Notes: a model not told the origin generated them from the letters alone. A stretch of 64,000 nucleotides of DNA from Emiliania huxleyi CCMP1516 (GCF_000372725.1 NW_005201349.1:322723-386722), one strand, 5' to 3'. Counted from the first letter of the stretch, positions 22,146 through 35,490 are shown. Translations and numbers: made by a program.

Positions 22146-24894
22146 TCACTCGCTCATCGCCTCGTCCTCGTCGTCCTCGAAGAAGCCGACGTCCTCGAGC
22201 GCAGCCTCCGCCTGACGAGGAGAGGAGGCGTGAGTCTGATAGCTGATGTTTGGCGCTGCGCTCGACCGCGGCCGCCGCCTCGCGGTGCATCTGCGCCAGC
22301 CCCGTGAGCTCCTCGAGGTAGTCGCCTAGTCTCGGTCCAACCTCGGGTCGTCTCGGGGTGATCCCCGACTCGTGCGAGACACCACTCCCCCGCCTCCGTT
22401 GAACGCGTCGAGAAGGAAGTCGAAGCCGCGCGCGGCGTACGCGTCGGTGACGGTGGCCGAACACGCGGTGCACTTGCCAAACGCGCGGCCAAGCATGCAA
22501 TCTGTCCGGAAGAAGGAGAGCGCGCCTCGGATCTGGTGCGGCACCACGCCCAGCGGCGACTCGTCGCAAGTGGCGGCCCGCGCCGCCTCGGCGGGCACGT
22601 CCGCGTCCGCCTCGGCGCCGTGCTGGTGGTGGAGCACCGTCACGGCGAGCTCGACGGCGAGCGCGCTCGCAACCATCGCGAGGCCGGGCCGGGACACCGT
22701 GCACTGCTGGTCGAGAGTGCGGCGAGTCATCGAGTTGGCAGGAGCGACGACGTCGCTGCAAAAGTAGCAGCCGAGCCGCGGCCGCGGCGGCGGAGGCGGA
22801 GGCGGCGCCGCCGCCTCCGCCGGCGCTGCCTGCTCATACCCAGCTGGCAGCCCGCCTGCGCCTAGCGCCGCCGCCTCCTCCGCCGGCGGGGGGAGGCCGT
22901 GCCGCATGACGAGGAACGTGTCGAAGCCGAGCGCCGCGGTGACGGCCAGCTTGCGCCGTGCGGCGGCGAGCAAAGTGGGCAGCCTGAGGAGATCAAACGA
23001 AGCAGCTCTCAACTGGCTGGTTGGGCAGGAGCAAGCGGCGAGGAGCGCGGCTGGCCAGCGCGACTCGCGCGTGTCTGTGAGGAGAAAGACAATGTCATGC
23101 TGCTGCACCAGCTCGTCGAGCGCCTAATCTCGGTCAATCTCGGTCAATCTCGGTCAATCTCGACGCAGCTCGATGTCCACGCCGCTGCACAGCGCGACGA
23201 GCGCCTCTGCGTCCGCGCGCACTCCGTCCACCTCCGCCGCGCCGACCGGGTGGCCCGGCATAGGGATACCCATCACCACGCCGCGCGCCTCAGCGCCCGG
23301 AAAGATGCGGCGCAGCTCTTCGGCGGCGGCGGGCGCCTTCTTCGTCTTCCCGCCGATGCAGTCCTTGTGGGCGAAGAGTGACTGGCGGACGGGGTTCGAG
23401 TACGAGACATTGCCTAGAAGGCTCCTAGCAGGCTCCTAGAACGCTCCTAGAAGAGCCGGTTCGAGTCCAGGACGCCGCCCGAGTCAACGAGCGTGATCGC
23501 CTTGACGCCCCAGCCGAGAAGGCAGCGGGCCACGGCACAGCCCAGCGTGCCTGCGCCGATGAGCAAGCACCTCTGCGCCGCGACCTTCTCCGGCTCGAGC
23601 GCCGGCATGAGCCGCCACCGCATGAGCCGGATGTTGAGGTCGACCGCCGCCGCGGCGGTCGCTGCCGGGTCCATCTGCGCCGACAGGTCCATCAGCCGCG
23701 CGCCGGGCCGGCCCGACGAGTTCTTCTCCCACCCGACCGCGGAGGGAGGCGCCGCCGTCCCGCCGCCGCCGCCGCCGCCGCCGCCAAACAAGCCGCGCAC
23801 GTCCATCGTCACGTTGTACAGCGTCGAGGCGGCGGCGGACTTCGGCTCGCGCGGCCCCTCGCCCGCCGCCGCCGGCGGCGGCCCTCCGCCGCCGACCGGC
23901 TCGCGGAAGCAGAGGAGGGTCAGCCGCACCTCCGAGGGCAGGCCGGCAGCGGCGGCCGGGCTCGCCTCGCGAAGTGCGGCTGCTGCGGCGAGAAGCAGGT
24001 TCCTCGCCGGCCAGCCAGCGTGCTGCGGGCTCGGGTCGCAGAGCGCGATCCACGCCTGCTCGCGCCCGCCCGCGCCGCCGCGCCACTCGAGCCAGCGGCT
24101 GAGCGGGCCGACCTCGGCCACCTGTGCATCGACACGCCGAGCCAACTCTCCCACGAGTGAGCTGCTGATTGGACTACTCTCGCCTACCGGCACCGGCCAC
24201 CTGCACCGGCTCGCCCGCCGACCCGCACGACAGCCGCACAGCAAAGAAGGCGGGCCGGCCGTGGGCTGAGGCGGGAAGCGCCGCGTACCCCCGCCTCAGA
24301 GCGTCCAGCTGCGAAGCGTCGAGCAGCGACGCCAGCGGCGCCGGCGGCGTGGCCCGCGGAGGAGGGTCGAGTGCAAAGGCGGGGAAGGCGAACCAGTAGT
24401 AGTACTTGTGCGTCTTGAGGTCTGCGAAGGTGAGGAGGAGGAAGCGGCAGAGGCGGTGCGGCTCGGCGAGCGCGGCACCGGAGCACATGTCCTGCCAGAT
24501 GGCGGCCGCCGCCTTGCGGAGCAGCTCCGCCTTGTCCCACTCCTTGAAGTCCTCGAGTGTGTTTGCGTTGATGAGTGTGCCGGGCACCACGCAGAGCGAG
24601 GGAGGAACCCCGGCCGCGCCGCCCGAGTCGAAGGCGTCGGCGCTCACGCACAGCGGCGAGGCCACCTGCGGCTCGTGCGCAGCCGTTGTGGGAAGCGGGA
24701 ACGTGCGCTGCGGGCGGGCGAGAGCGGGCGGCCGCCTCATGGTGGTTTGAGGGCGCGAACGTGCCGCGGATCTCGACCGGCGCGTCGGAGAGCTTGAACT
24801 CGTGCAGCTTGCGCCGTCCCAGCTCGGTGAGAAAGCTGACGTCGATCGCGCCAGAGAGCGGGAGGAAGCGGAGGGTGTCCGCCCTGTCCGCCAT
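22146..24894 (-). CDS. ATG7: Ubiquitin-like modifier-activating enzyme ATG7 (E1-like), multi-exon
   Basis: [131 protein letters not shown]. Confidence 0.97.
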
Positions 24895-25632
24895 CGGCTC
24901 AGACAAAAGAAAAACCGGGCTAGCTGTCTGTGCTGTGTGGTGCACGCCCTCCGAGCGGGGCGGGGTCTGCCCGTCGGGTTGCTGCCCTAATCCCACCAGG
25001 GGTTATCTGCCCTATTTATTATTGAGCAGCACAAAGAATTCTACCAATCCAAGCCCCCGTCACAGCAGACTGACACGGACTAGCACCACAAAAGGCACAG
25101 CACAAAGAAAAGCACACCCCAAAGGTTCCCAGCGGACACGGCTTGCACAAAAGAAAAACGCGTGGGAGATGTCTGCTCTATTCGTTTTTGCCCACGCACG
25201 CCGCAGTCTCTCGCCGATTCTCGCTGCAACCTTGACCACCTCGCGGTCATCCCGCTCTCGTCGTTCTTTCCCTTCTAGATAGTTGTTTTGTTTAAATTCT
25301 AGATAGCGCATAAGAGTTGTGGATTGTTTGGCGCTGCCTAGTTTGCCTTCGCCAAAGCGCTTCGCCGCTCCGCCCCGCTCGACTCTAGTCTTCAAGATAC
25401 CTCCGTCGGCTGGCTCCGGCTGCGGCAAAACGTTGATTGATTTGTTGTTGTTGTGAAGGGAGGCGGCAGCGGGGGACGTGGGCGCCGTGCGGGTGCGGGG
25501 AGGGCGGGTGCTGGGATCTGGGGGCGGCTTCCTCCTTTCCGCGGCGAAGGAGGCAGCCTGCGGGTGGGAGGAGGGGAGACGGGGACGGGGACGGGTGGCT
25601 GGGGCGGTTCAGCTCGGGACTAAGTACCTGCT

Positions 25633-26403
25633 ATGCGCACCGAGGAGCAGAACGCGCTCTTCAAGCAGGGGCTGGGCTGCCTCGGCACGCTCTACTCCCA
25701 CCCGCACACATACGTGCTGCGGCTGACCTCCTTCCCGGACGGCCACAAGGCGGAGGACCAGGCCGAGGGCACCAACGTGGCCAAGTACTTTGACCGCGGC
25801 TGGTGCGCCACCGAGAACGCCTGGGCGAGCCTGACCAAGGCCTATGACCTCTCGCTCGACCTCGGCCTGATACGCGACGGCAAGGAGTACGACTGCGGCA
25901 GCCTCATCGACGAGTGCGTCCAGGACGGCGGCCGGCGCCCTCCGCTGCTGCCGTCTGCATTCGCGGCGGAGCTGGAGACAAAGAGCTTCACCAACGGCAA
26001 GGACGACAAGCCGCTGGTGAAGCGGCTGTACGAGGACGCCTTCGAGGAGCAGTTTGGCAAGGCGACCGAGCTGGGCTACAGCCGCCTCGGCTGGGGCGAC
26101 GCGGAGGCGGCGCAGCTGGCGGAGGTCCTCGCGAGCGGGGCAGCGCCGCTGCTCGAGGCGCTCTCTCTCTGGGGCAACAAGATTGGCGACGAGGGCTGCG
26201 AGGCGCTGGCTGCCGCCCTCAAGCAGGGGGCAGCCCCGAGCTTGAAGGTGCGAGACGCCCCCTTGCCACGCCACACGGCCCTCCCTCGCCCAATGCTCAT
26301 CGGACATCGCACCTCCCCTCGCGCGCAGACGCTCATCGTGGACAACGAGAAGCAGCCAGAGCTGGTTGCCGTGTGCGAGGAGCGCGGCATCGACCTCTGC
26401 TGA
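25633..26403 (+). CDS. LRR (NLRC3/RNI-like) protein of an algal expanded family, apparently 5'-truncated
   Basis: YFDRGWCATE, FTNGKDD..LVKRLY, LGWGDAEAAQLAEVL, LSLWGNKIGDEGCEALAAAL; probable intron at about 26248-26328. Confidence 0.7.
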   Translation: MRTEEQNALFKQGLGCLGTLYSHPHTYVLRLTSFPDGHKAEDQAEGTNVAKYFDRGWCATENAWASLTKAYDLSLDLGLIRDGKEYDCGSLIDECVQDGGRRPPLLPSAFAAELETKSFTNGKDDKPLVKRLYEDAFEEQFGKATELGYSRLGWGDAEAAQLAEVLASGAAPLLEALSLWGNKIGDEGCEALAAALKQGAAPSLKVRDAPLPRHTALPRPMLIGHRTSPRAQTLIVDNEKQPELVAVCEERGIDLC

Positions 26404-26831
26404 GCCGTGCAAGCACCCAAGCAAACAGACACGAAGAGAGGGATGGGAGGATGGCACGCCGCCACCACACAGGGATTTTGGTCAGAAGAAAGCCGGGGCG
26501 ACCGAACTTTTTCTTGCCGCTCCGCACGACCCTCTTCGCCAATTTTTAAAGCAATTTCAGCACTGCGCCCTTGTCGTGTCAGTGATCAGTGTGCTGTGAG
26601 AGCTTTCATTTTTCAAGAATCTGGGTTATAAAATTCTTTTCTAGGGTAACCATTAGTGCTAGTCCCCCATCGGGAGGACGACACCCCGGCTAGTCGCCGA
26701 CCACACCCACATGCCACAAAGAACCCCTGCACACAAAGATCGCACGGGCGGGGGCCTGTTCCTTTTTACCCATCTCACACAGTAGAGGTGTCCATTTTCC
26801 GGGCCGGTGTGCGGGGAGCGAACCGCGCAAC

Positions 26832-26961
26832 GGGCCTTGCACTTTGAATGCCGTGGGGCTCCTGTCGTTAGACGTGGAGACGCGAGGGTTGCCCCCCCTT
26901 GCCCCACCACCTCGTGTGTGTGGAGAAGTTTACCTTACCTTACCTTACCTTACCTTACCTT
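26832..26961 (+). mobile_element. (ACCTT)n-tailed dispersed element, copy 2
   Basis: Near-identical to 6131-6244, with a longer (ACCTT)6 tail. Confidence 0.7.
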
Positions 26962-27691
26962 AACGACCGCCCAGGAACGCAGAAGCTTTCTGGGCAAACC
27001 AATCGGGCCAGGACCATCAGCACATGTTCCCTCCACAACATCGTTGGCGTATGAGCGGTATTTTGCCCTCAAAAGTCGTTCGAGAGTACCGGGTCGCGGC
27101 GGGAACGCGCCCATCCGCTCGATGGGTGTCATGAGTCGATCGCCTGCGCCACGAGCGAGCACGGGAGTCGTCGCGATGGGAGTCGTGGCGTGGCGCTGGG
27201 CTTCGAGAGAGAGAGAGACGTGGGCGCGGCGGCGCGGGCGGCCGGTGGGGCGCGTGAGGTCCGCACCTTCGCGACGGGCAGGCTCGATACGGCCGCTGGC
27301 CGGGGACCGGCCGCCGCAGTCGTTCCGGCGGCGGCGTCGGCGTCGGCGTCGCGAGCGAACTGGCTCGCATTCGACGAGCGACCCTCTTCACAGAACCCGG
27401 ACTGCCACCTGAAATTCAAAACTTGGTCGCCACATTAGGCAATGGACTTCCGCCTGCTTTCAGCTCCCGGAGCCCCCCCCCCCCCCCCCCCAGGTGGATG
27501 GAGAAAGAAGTGCCCAGAAGGACGAGCGGCATGGACAGCGACAGACAGGCCGCGAGAAATCGAAAACGCGGCACAGACAGCGCCTGCTGGTGATTTCAAG
27601 GCTGCTTTTGTAGAGGAATGACGCGAAGACACGTAGACAGATGGATTGACATGGATACGAACGAAGCGAGAGGACGTGACCCCCCCCTCCC

Positions 27692-27732
<41 letters not shown>

Positions 27733-27801
27733 CCCCCACTGCCCCACACTGCACACACAGCTCAACCCCCCCCACCTCTTCAAACGAACCCGGACAGCCA
27801 C

Positions 27802-28958
27802 ATGATCAGTGCGGCCCTCGCTTTCGCAGGCCTGTCGCTCGTACCCGTCGGCCGCGCGCGCGCTTTCCGCACACCCAGCCGTCCCATCTCAATTTCCAAT
27901 AGCGGCGCAGCGCAGCGGGTGCTCGTGACGGACGGCCTCGCTCCAGCCGCGCTCGACGCGCTCGCCGCGGGCGGAGCCGACGTCACCTCACGCTCACTCA
28001 CGGAGGATGAGCTCTGTGCGGGTGCCCTCGCCGCTTACGACGCCGTCATCGTTAGATCAGCGACGACCCTCCGCGCCGACGCGCTCTCCGCTGGAGCTGC
28101 CGGCCGGCTACGCGTAGTCGGGCGAGCGGGCGTGGGCGTCGACAACATTGACGTGGCCGGCGCCCACGCCTCGGGAGTGACGGTGGTCAACACGCCCTCC
28201 GCGTCGACGGCGTCGGTCGTCGAGATGACTCTCGCCCTCCTGTTTGCGGCGGCGCGCAACCTGCCGGCAGCCGACCGCGGCCTGCGCAGCGGGGAGTGGC
28301 TCAAGCCACCCGCGCGAGGCGAGATTACCCGAGATTACCCGAGATTACCCGAGATTACCCGAGATTACCCGCGCGAGGCGAGCGGCTCGGCTCGGAGCCC
28401 CTCGCCTCAGCCCTTCTGTTCGGTGCCCACGCCTCTCTCCTCTTCACAGGCTCGCGGCTTGGCTCAGAGCTAGCCGGCAAGAACCTGGGCCTCCTCGGGT
28501 TTGGGAGGATTGCGCGCGGCGTCGCGGCGGCGGCGGCCGCCCTCGGCATGCGCGTGTTTGCATACTCGCCGCATGCGGCGTCCGAGACGGCCGCCGCCCT
28601 GCCAGGTGCGACTACTCCCATTCCATGTGCCGTCTCTCCACACGCTCCTGCCCACCCCCCAGGCGTCGCTGCTTGGCGTGACTCTGCTGCCGTCGGCGGA
28701 GGAGCTGTTCTGCACGTGCTCGCATGTCTCGCTGCACTGCGCGCTCACGCCGCAGACGCGGCTGCTCGTCGGCGCCGCGAGGCTCAAGCGCCACGCGCTT
28801 CGGCCAACGGCCGCCCCACACACCGCCTAATGTGTTGGGTAGGAGGTGAGATGCTCGAGCGCATGCCGGCGGTTGGACCGGACGGCGCTGCTTGTGGCAG
28901 CCATTTGATCAACGTTGCGCGCGGCGGCATCGCGGACGAGGTCTCTCTCTCTCTCTCG

Positions 28959-29047
<89 letters not shown>

Positions 29048-29438
29048 TCCCTCTCCCTCCCGTACCCTGACCCTCACCCTCACTCACCCTGAACCCTCAC
29101 CCTACTCCTCACCCTCACCCGAGGCTGCCGTCGCCGCGGCCCTCCACGCCGGCACGCTCACCAGCTACGCCTCCGACGTCTTCGACCAGGACCAACTGCC
29201 CGCCGACCCCCTCTTCCCCTCGCGTGTGAACAGCGCCTCTTGACACCGGTCTGGCCGTGACCAGGAGCCGCTGCCCGCCGACCACCCGCTCCTCGGCTGC
29301 CCGGGCTTCATCGGCACGCCGCACATCGGCGGAGCGACGCGCGAGGCGCAGGACCGCGTCGGGCTGCAGATCGCGGCGGCGGTGCTGGCCGTGCTGGATG
29401 GGAGAGTGCCTGAGGACGGTGTCGTCGGTGTCGCCTGA
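27802..29438 (+). CDS. PHGDH: D-3-phosphoglycerate dehydrogenase-like (D-isomer 2-hydroxyacid dehydrogenase), probably plastid-targeted, multi-exon
   Basis: DAVIVRSAT, VVGRAGVGVDNID, VVNTP, GSELAGKNLGLLGFGRI, VSLHCALTPQT, LINVARGGIADE, ASDVF..EP, TPHIGGATREAQDRVG. Confidence 0.88.
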
Positions 29439-29515
29439 GTGCTGAGAGGTCGGTGTCGCTGTCGTTTGAGAGGTGCACGGATTGCTTGGGAACAAAATCA
29501 ACGAATAACCATACG

Positions 29516-29720
29516 GGGTGTGGAGGGTGAGTTGACCTGGGGGTAAGGCGCCGGGCCCTCCTGCTCGGCTCCAGGTCCAGCCCGGGTAGACAAGTCTTGT
29601 CATCAACAGAGTAGATGGATCTGACCTCGGGGCCGATGTGACCAAGCGCTGGTAGCGTGGTTTACCTCACACCCATGGTCTCACAGTGTGCCGGCAGTCG
29701 CCGAGCAGTGTCGCTCACAC
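29516..29720 (-). mobile_element. Dispersed repeat of about 200 bp, copy B (inverted relative to 12428-12626)
   Basis: Reverse-complement near-identity seen directly. Confidence 0.8.
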
Positions 29721-31576
29721 AAGCCGCAGCACAAGTGACTGAGGGCCAGTGAGGGCGAGCCCATCGCTGTCACAGCTGTGGCAGCCGCACAGTAGGCTGT
29801 GTCAGCTGTGCAGAGTGGGTGAGCAGCAGAGGAGCTGCTGCTCCAGGCTTCTGTCGCAAAGAGCTGCATGCCACCGAAAGCGCTGTCGAGGCCTGGGGGG
29901 TCGAAGGCCCCCCGGGGGGTCTGGGGCGCAGCCCCAGGAGGCCCGCCGCAGGCGCCGATTTTTTGGGGCTTTTTTGACTGATTTTCATGAGGCGTTGCTA
30001 CTATTTTGGGACCAGTTGAAGCCTAAAAATGGCTACAAATACAGCCACAACAGCTGCTAGTCGTGAGCTGCTACTGTGTGTAGAGAGGGCCTTCAGGAGC
30101 ACTATTCAGTTTGATCCAGATAAACTGTGGCCTACCACGAGTTGGGGCCCCCACCCCAATCGTTATCGGCGGACATGAAATTCTTTTGCGGGCGGAGGGT
30201 TGAGGAAAAAGCTGGTTTCTTTTTAGATGACACTAAGTTGCGTTGAACTCTTTCTTTCTGCGGTGTTCGCCAAGTTAACGGGACGGCTGTCAGGTGCGCC
30301 CCCGGCCCCCACTCGGCCATGCCGCCCGCTGGAGTGCCCTTGCAGCCCCGGTGGAAATGAACAATCTCTCTCTCTCTCTAGAAATGGCGAAGGTCCCATC
30401 CCTATGGGTCTCGGCACTGCCGACGCTCTGGCCAGATCACGGCCGGCTTTGACAAACAAACAGCGCTTTGCGGGCTGCGCGCGACAAAAGACTTGCGCAT
30501 TGCCTTTCTTCTACCACGCACGGTAAACCTAACAGCGGCAGGATTATAAGAATGGTTGATTCCGTTCGTTGAACGCAACCTGACTCCCTATTCTTGCGCC
30601 TCACTCAGATGACGTCCGCAAGAGCTACGCGTTGCAGTGCTCGAGGAGATCTGGTCCCTCCCTTTTCGTCCTCACCTACGTCAATCGATGGGTGGCACGA
30701 TGAGAACGCTGCTTCACCGACCCAAAGGCAGAGTACCCTGCCCCCCCTCCCCGCCGTCCCCCCCCGCGCCGCCCGCTACTGCCGAAAATCCCTCCCTCCT
30801 CGCCCCGTCTCTCCTCCTCTCTCTCGACCGCCCTCGCTTCCGAGGAGCTCTCCTCGTCTGCTTGCCACGACCCAGTCACATCATCTTTCTCCTCTTTTTC
30901 AGGTGAGTGTCCCTGCTAATTCTTTTTTTTGGGCGGGCCCAGCCGCTGGCGGACTCCTCGGCCGTCTGCCTCGACGCCAACCCGCACGGTGAGCGTGGGA
31001 CTCCACTCACGGGCCGCACGGGCTCGGAGCATTCGCACCACGCGCCGCCGCGCTTCACGTCACCACTCCCGCCTCGCCTGCGCCGCTGTCACAGCGGTAG
31101 CGCGATCGATGGCGGTAGCGCGATCGATCGCACGGCGCTCGAGTCCACTCCGATCCCACGCGCACTCAAGTCCACTCCGTCCCATCATACGAATTGATCG
31201 CCGCTCCGCTCGACGCGCCCCGCCCCACCCGTCCAGGCCCCTGCTCCTCTGGCCGGGTTCTCCATCATGGAACGGCACCACGGGATGGTGCGCTCCCCCT
31301 CGCAGCCCCATGCCTCACGGCCCGACTGCACCAGCGCCCGTGTCCCCGCTCCAGCGCCACCGCGCCCCTGACGCCCCCTCACCCTTCTCCTTTCCCCCCC
31401 AGGGGGTTCAACCCAACCGCACCGTCTCCCGGCCCCAACCGCACCGTCGCGGGCGCCGGCACCCCCCGCACCGAACACCACCGCATCGGGGCGGCCCACT
31501 CTCGACAGCAGCGTCCGCCGCCCCGCCTCAGCTGAGCGGGCGCCAACCGGTCCATCGCGTGTTGTACTTTTCTCAG

Positions 31577-32881
31577 CCGGCCGCTGCGGCCGCCGCGCCT
31601 GCTGCCGCGCCTGCCGCTGCGCCGGCGGGGTTTCGCCACAAGACCAGGCTGTGCGACTTCTTTCCGCGCGGCACTTGCCGCTACGGTGTGCATTGCCGAT
31701 TTGCCCACGGAATGGACGAGCTCCGAGGGTCGGGTGGCGTGCCGCGGCTCGATTCGGCAACCGAGGAGGAGCTGGCGAGGGCGGCGGCACGGCAGAAACA
31801 GGTGCAGGCGGCGCAGCAGAAAGAGGTGGAGGCGGCGGCGGCACGCCAGAGAGAGGAAGAAGAGCGGCTGCGCGAGGAGCGCAAAGCGGAGGTGGCCGGG
31901 GCGAGCAAGGAGCTCGAGGAGGCGCTCGAGGCGGTCAAGGCGAGCGCGGGGGGGGAGGCGATGCTGATTGCAGCGGAGCGGCGGGCGACCCGCCTTGCGG
32001 CGTTGTTGGACAAGGCTCAGCCCGACGAGGCTCGGCTCCTTGCCTTGCTGACCGAGGCGTGCGAACCGGAGCAGCCAGGGGCTTGATATGATTGCCATGA
32101 CCCGCGGATTGACTGCTATAGGTGCAGCGGCAGCGCACTCAGGTGCAGGTCGAGCATGAGCGCGAGCGGGCCGCCCAATCCCTCGCCGATGCCAGGAAGG
32201 GAGGGATGGTGCCGCTGCGCAGCGCGCTCGAGGAGGCCAAGGCGAAGCGCGTCGAGCCAGAGATTATCTCTCGCGGCGAGTCGTGGTTGCGCGAGCTGGC
32301 CGCCAAATCCCTCACCGAGGCCATGAAGGGGGAGGACGTCGAGGCGCTGCGCGCGGCGCTGCACACGGCGAAGTGGGCGGCAGTTGAGAAGGCGGTGTGC
32401 GAAGACGGCGTGGCGCGGCTGCGCCGCTTGCTCAAGGAGGAGATGGAGAAGCGCGAGCGCGCGCGCCGTCGGCTCTCCGACGCCATGGAGGGGCGGCTGT
32501 CAAGTGGCTGCGTGCTGTCATGGCGTCGGCTCTCCGACGCTGTCAAGCGGCTGCGCGCCAGGCTCGACAAGGCGAGAGCGAGGGGCGTTCAAACCAGCCT
32601 CATCTCCCGCGGCGAGGCGCTGCTGCGCAGCTCGCGGCAGGCCATGGCGACGAAGATCGAGACGAAGCTGCTGCAGGACCTCTGCGCCTTTTTGGACTCC
32701 TCCGGCGGAAGCGCGCGGTCTTCGCAGCTCCTCGTTCAGTTCTGCAGACACGGCTCCCTGAAGAAGCTGCACTTGCTCAAGCGGTGGCTCGGGGTGACTG
32801 CTCCGCTTGGGCGTGAGCTCAAGAAGAGCCACGTCTTCGAGGAGCTGCTCAGGCGGGTGGCGAAGAAGCAGCTGGGCAATG
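31577..32881 (+). CDS. CCCH zinc-finger + coiled-coil protein, partial (runs into the gap; 5' exons uncertain)
   Basis: HKTRLCDFFPRGTCRYGVHCRFAHGMDELR (C-x8-C-x5-C-x3-H); helical Glu/Ala/Arg-rich exons. Confidence 0.8.
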
Positions 32882-32981
32882 NNNNNNNNNNNNNNNNNNN
32901 NNNNNNNNNNNNNNNNNNNNNNNNNNNNNNNNNNNNNNNNNNNNNNNNNNNNNNNNNNNNNNNNNNNNNNNNNNNNNNNNN

Positions 32982-33143
32982 TGAGGGCGCGAACGTGCCG
33001 CGGATCTCGACCGGCGCGTCGGAGAGCTTGAACTCGTGCAGCTTGCGCCGTCCCAGCTCGGTGAGAAAGCTGACGTCGATCGCGCCAGAGAGCGGGAGGA
33101 AGCGGAGGGTGTCCGCCCTGTCCGCCATCGGCTCAGACAAAAG
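32982..33143 (-). pseudogene. ATG7: Duplicate of ATG7 exon 1 next to the scaffold gap
   Basis: Matches 24748-24909 ([39 protein letters not shown]...) but has a different upstream flank. Confidence 0.8.
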
Positions 33144-33483
33144 AATTTTACACGACCCGACGGGGCACATCCCTCCCTTGGGTTGTGTGTTTTCTTTCTT
33201 ACCAGAAGATGAGTGGAATTGATGAATTGGGCCGTTGTCCGTGCCTCCCCTCTATACGTCAGAGTGGGACCTACGCCGCGCCGGGTAAGGGGCGCGCCCG
33301 GTCCTCGACGGAGCCGCGCGCCCCAAACGACCCAGGCGGCGAGTAGTCGTCGTTGAACCTCCGGCATGTAGTTGCCCATAGTTAGCGCCCGCCCGCCCCC
33401 CCCTCCGTCGCCGCGCAAAAAAAACAAATTAAAAAACGAAGCCAAAAACGATCGCGTAAACGGCGTCACAAAGCCCGCCGGTT

Positions 33484-33665
33484 CTTGGAGCACTTGGAGT
33501 GCAGTCGGTAACCTCACATCCAGGGCCGAGGAGCTAAGAAGCGCACCCAGCGGGCCGGATGATCGGTGTCGGGTTGCGGGCAAGAAAGCCCCCTAGCCCC
33601 GGGGGTGCGCGTTCGCAGGGAAAGGGCCTTAAAGTAAACACGGGTCTCCGAGGGTTGGCTCCGCG
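33484..33665 (+). mobile_element. Dispersed element of about 190 bp (inverted copy at about 53605-53801; partial copy 20079-20125)
   Basis: ttggagcacttggagtgcagtc..taacctcacatccagggcc...gtgcgcgttcgcagggaaagggcc...gagggttgg shared between loci. Confidence 0.8.
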
Positions 33666-34402
33666 CTCTGGGTTTCCCCTAGCAGCAGACCGCCCCCTCT
33701 ACTCGGAGCTATAATGAACACCAGACATGAACACGACACGTACTCTCACACGACGTCACCGCTCAGGGCCCCTTCGCAAGGTCCTCATCCTCACTCCGGA
33801 GGAGGCTCCCCTCTCCTCTGAGTTCTTCCTCGTGTTCGCCTTCCGATGATCATCCGACGGGCGCGGGGCCCGACCCCCCTCCTAGCCTTTTTCAGCCGCG
33901 GCCCCGCCATAAATAAATAAATAAATAAAACGGCCCCGCCACCACCTCGTCTTCTCCGGTTTTGATTTCCTTTTGGCTCCCGTGGTGTACCTGTGTTAGT
34001 GCCAGTGCGCGCCAGCAGCAGCAGCAGCAGCAGCAGAGAGAGGCGCCAATTTAGAGCTCGTCCCGGTCAAGTCACGGCCACCCTTGGGCGTCCGCCTCTT
34101 CCTATCTCTCTTCGCAGTCTCTCGCCGATTCTCGCTGCAACCTTCATGCCACCTCGCGGTCATCCCACTCTCGTCGTTCTTTCCCTTGTCGCTTCTTCTT
34201 CTGTCGCGTCGCTCTCCTCTGCCTCGTTCTGCGACGCCGCCGCCGCCTGCCGGTCCCTTGTTCTCGCTGCTTCACTATCTAGATAGAGTTGGATTAGTTT
34301 GGCGCGGCCTAGTTTGCTTTGCCAAAGCGCTTCGCCGCTCCGCCCCGCTCGACTCTAGTCTTCAAGATACCTTCTCGGCTGAAGCCCACTTTCCTACCAT
34401 CC

Positions 34403-35490
34403 ATGTCTTGCCTCTGGCCCAGCCTGAAGGGCGTGCTACGGACTGGAGCGTGGTGCAATGACAGTCTTCCACTGGCCCTTCCGGCAGCGTCCGCGGACTC
34501 AGCTGGCGGCATGTGGGACCCGCCCGGGGTGCACCTCTATGCGAACGCCTCCGCCTCGCGCAACGGCGTCCTTCACTTCGGCAATGGTACATGCATGATT
34601 CATGGCGCCTGCTCCTGTCCGGGGAAGGTGCGGGTGCAGGGGCTGTGCGGATGCCAGGCCGCACCGCCGAGGGACGCGATGAGAGTGCCCGTCGCGGTGA
34701 CGCTCGCTGGGAGGTGGACGGGCGCAACATATCACGCAGTCGAGGCCCTGTCCTCGTTGGCCTCGGTTCCGGCGGCGGTGCTGGAGTCTAACCGCACCTT
34801 CATTCATCTTAACGGGCTGACGAGCGCTCCCAGGCATCCAAGTGCCTTTGTCCTCCAGTGGCTGGCTCTGCTTGGCGCCCCCGACTCGTCGCCGGGGGTG
34901 GCGTCTGATGACGTGCCACCGAACTTGATCTCTCCATTGTAGGAATCCCCCGCCACCGGGCTGTGGCGGGCTCGATCGCTGCCGAACAAGAGCTGTGGGT
35001 GCCGTTCGGGCCCCGGTGCGGCAGCATGACTCCGTCGGGCATGGCGTGGCTGCGTCGTTCCGTCAGTTCCGAAGTTGGCTCCCTGAGGGACACCCTCGTG
35101 GTGGTGTGGAGGCGCGTCTCCCGCACGGTGGCCGACTTCAACTCTTCGGTGCTGACGCCGGCCGCGGAGCACGCGGCGGCGCGGCGGCTGCGGCTATATG
35201 TGCACGACGACGACGCCTTGCCCTCCGTGCGAGAGCAGGTGCGGCAGTTTGGGAGGGCGGCGATCATCCTGCTATCCCACGGGGCGGCGTCGCTGTTTCT
35301 GCCCATCGCCACCGCGCCCGCGTGCGTCATCGAGATCCACCCAACTCTCCCTGTCAATATGCACGCGGCCCAGCAGGCCGCCACTCTGGGCCACTGGTAC
35401 CAGGGCTTGCACGCCCCCGCGGCTAGGCCGAGCCAGCAAGAGGTCCGTGGGGCGCTCGAGCGGTGCCAGCAACTGTCCAAGGTAAGGTAA
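34403..35490 (+). CDS. Glycosyltransferase family 61 (DUF563)-like protein
   Basis: ATYHAVEALSSL; VREQVRQFGRAAIILLSHGAASLFLP...VIEI resembles the GT61 C-terminal motif; probable intron at about 34880-34942. Confidence 0.65.
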
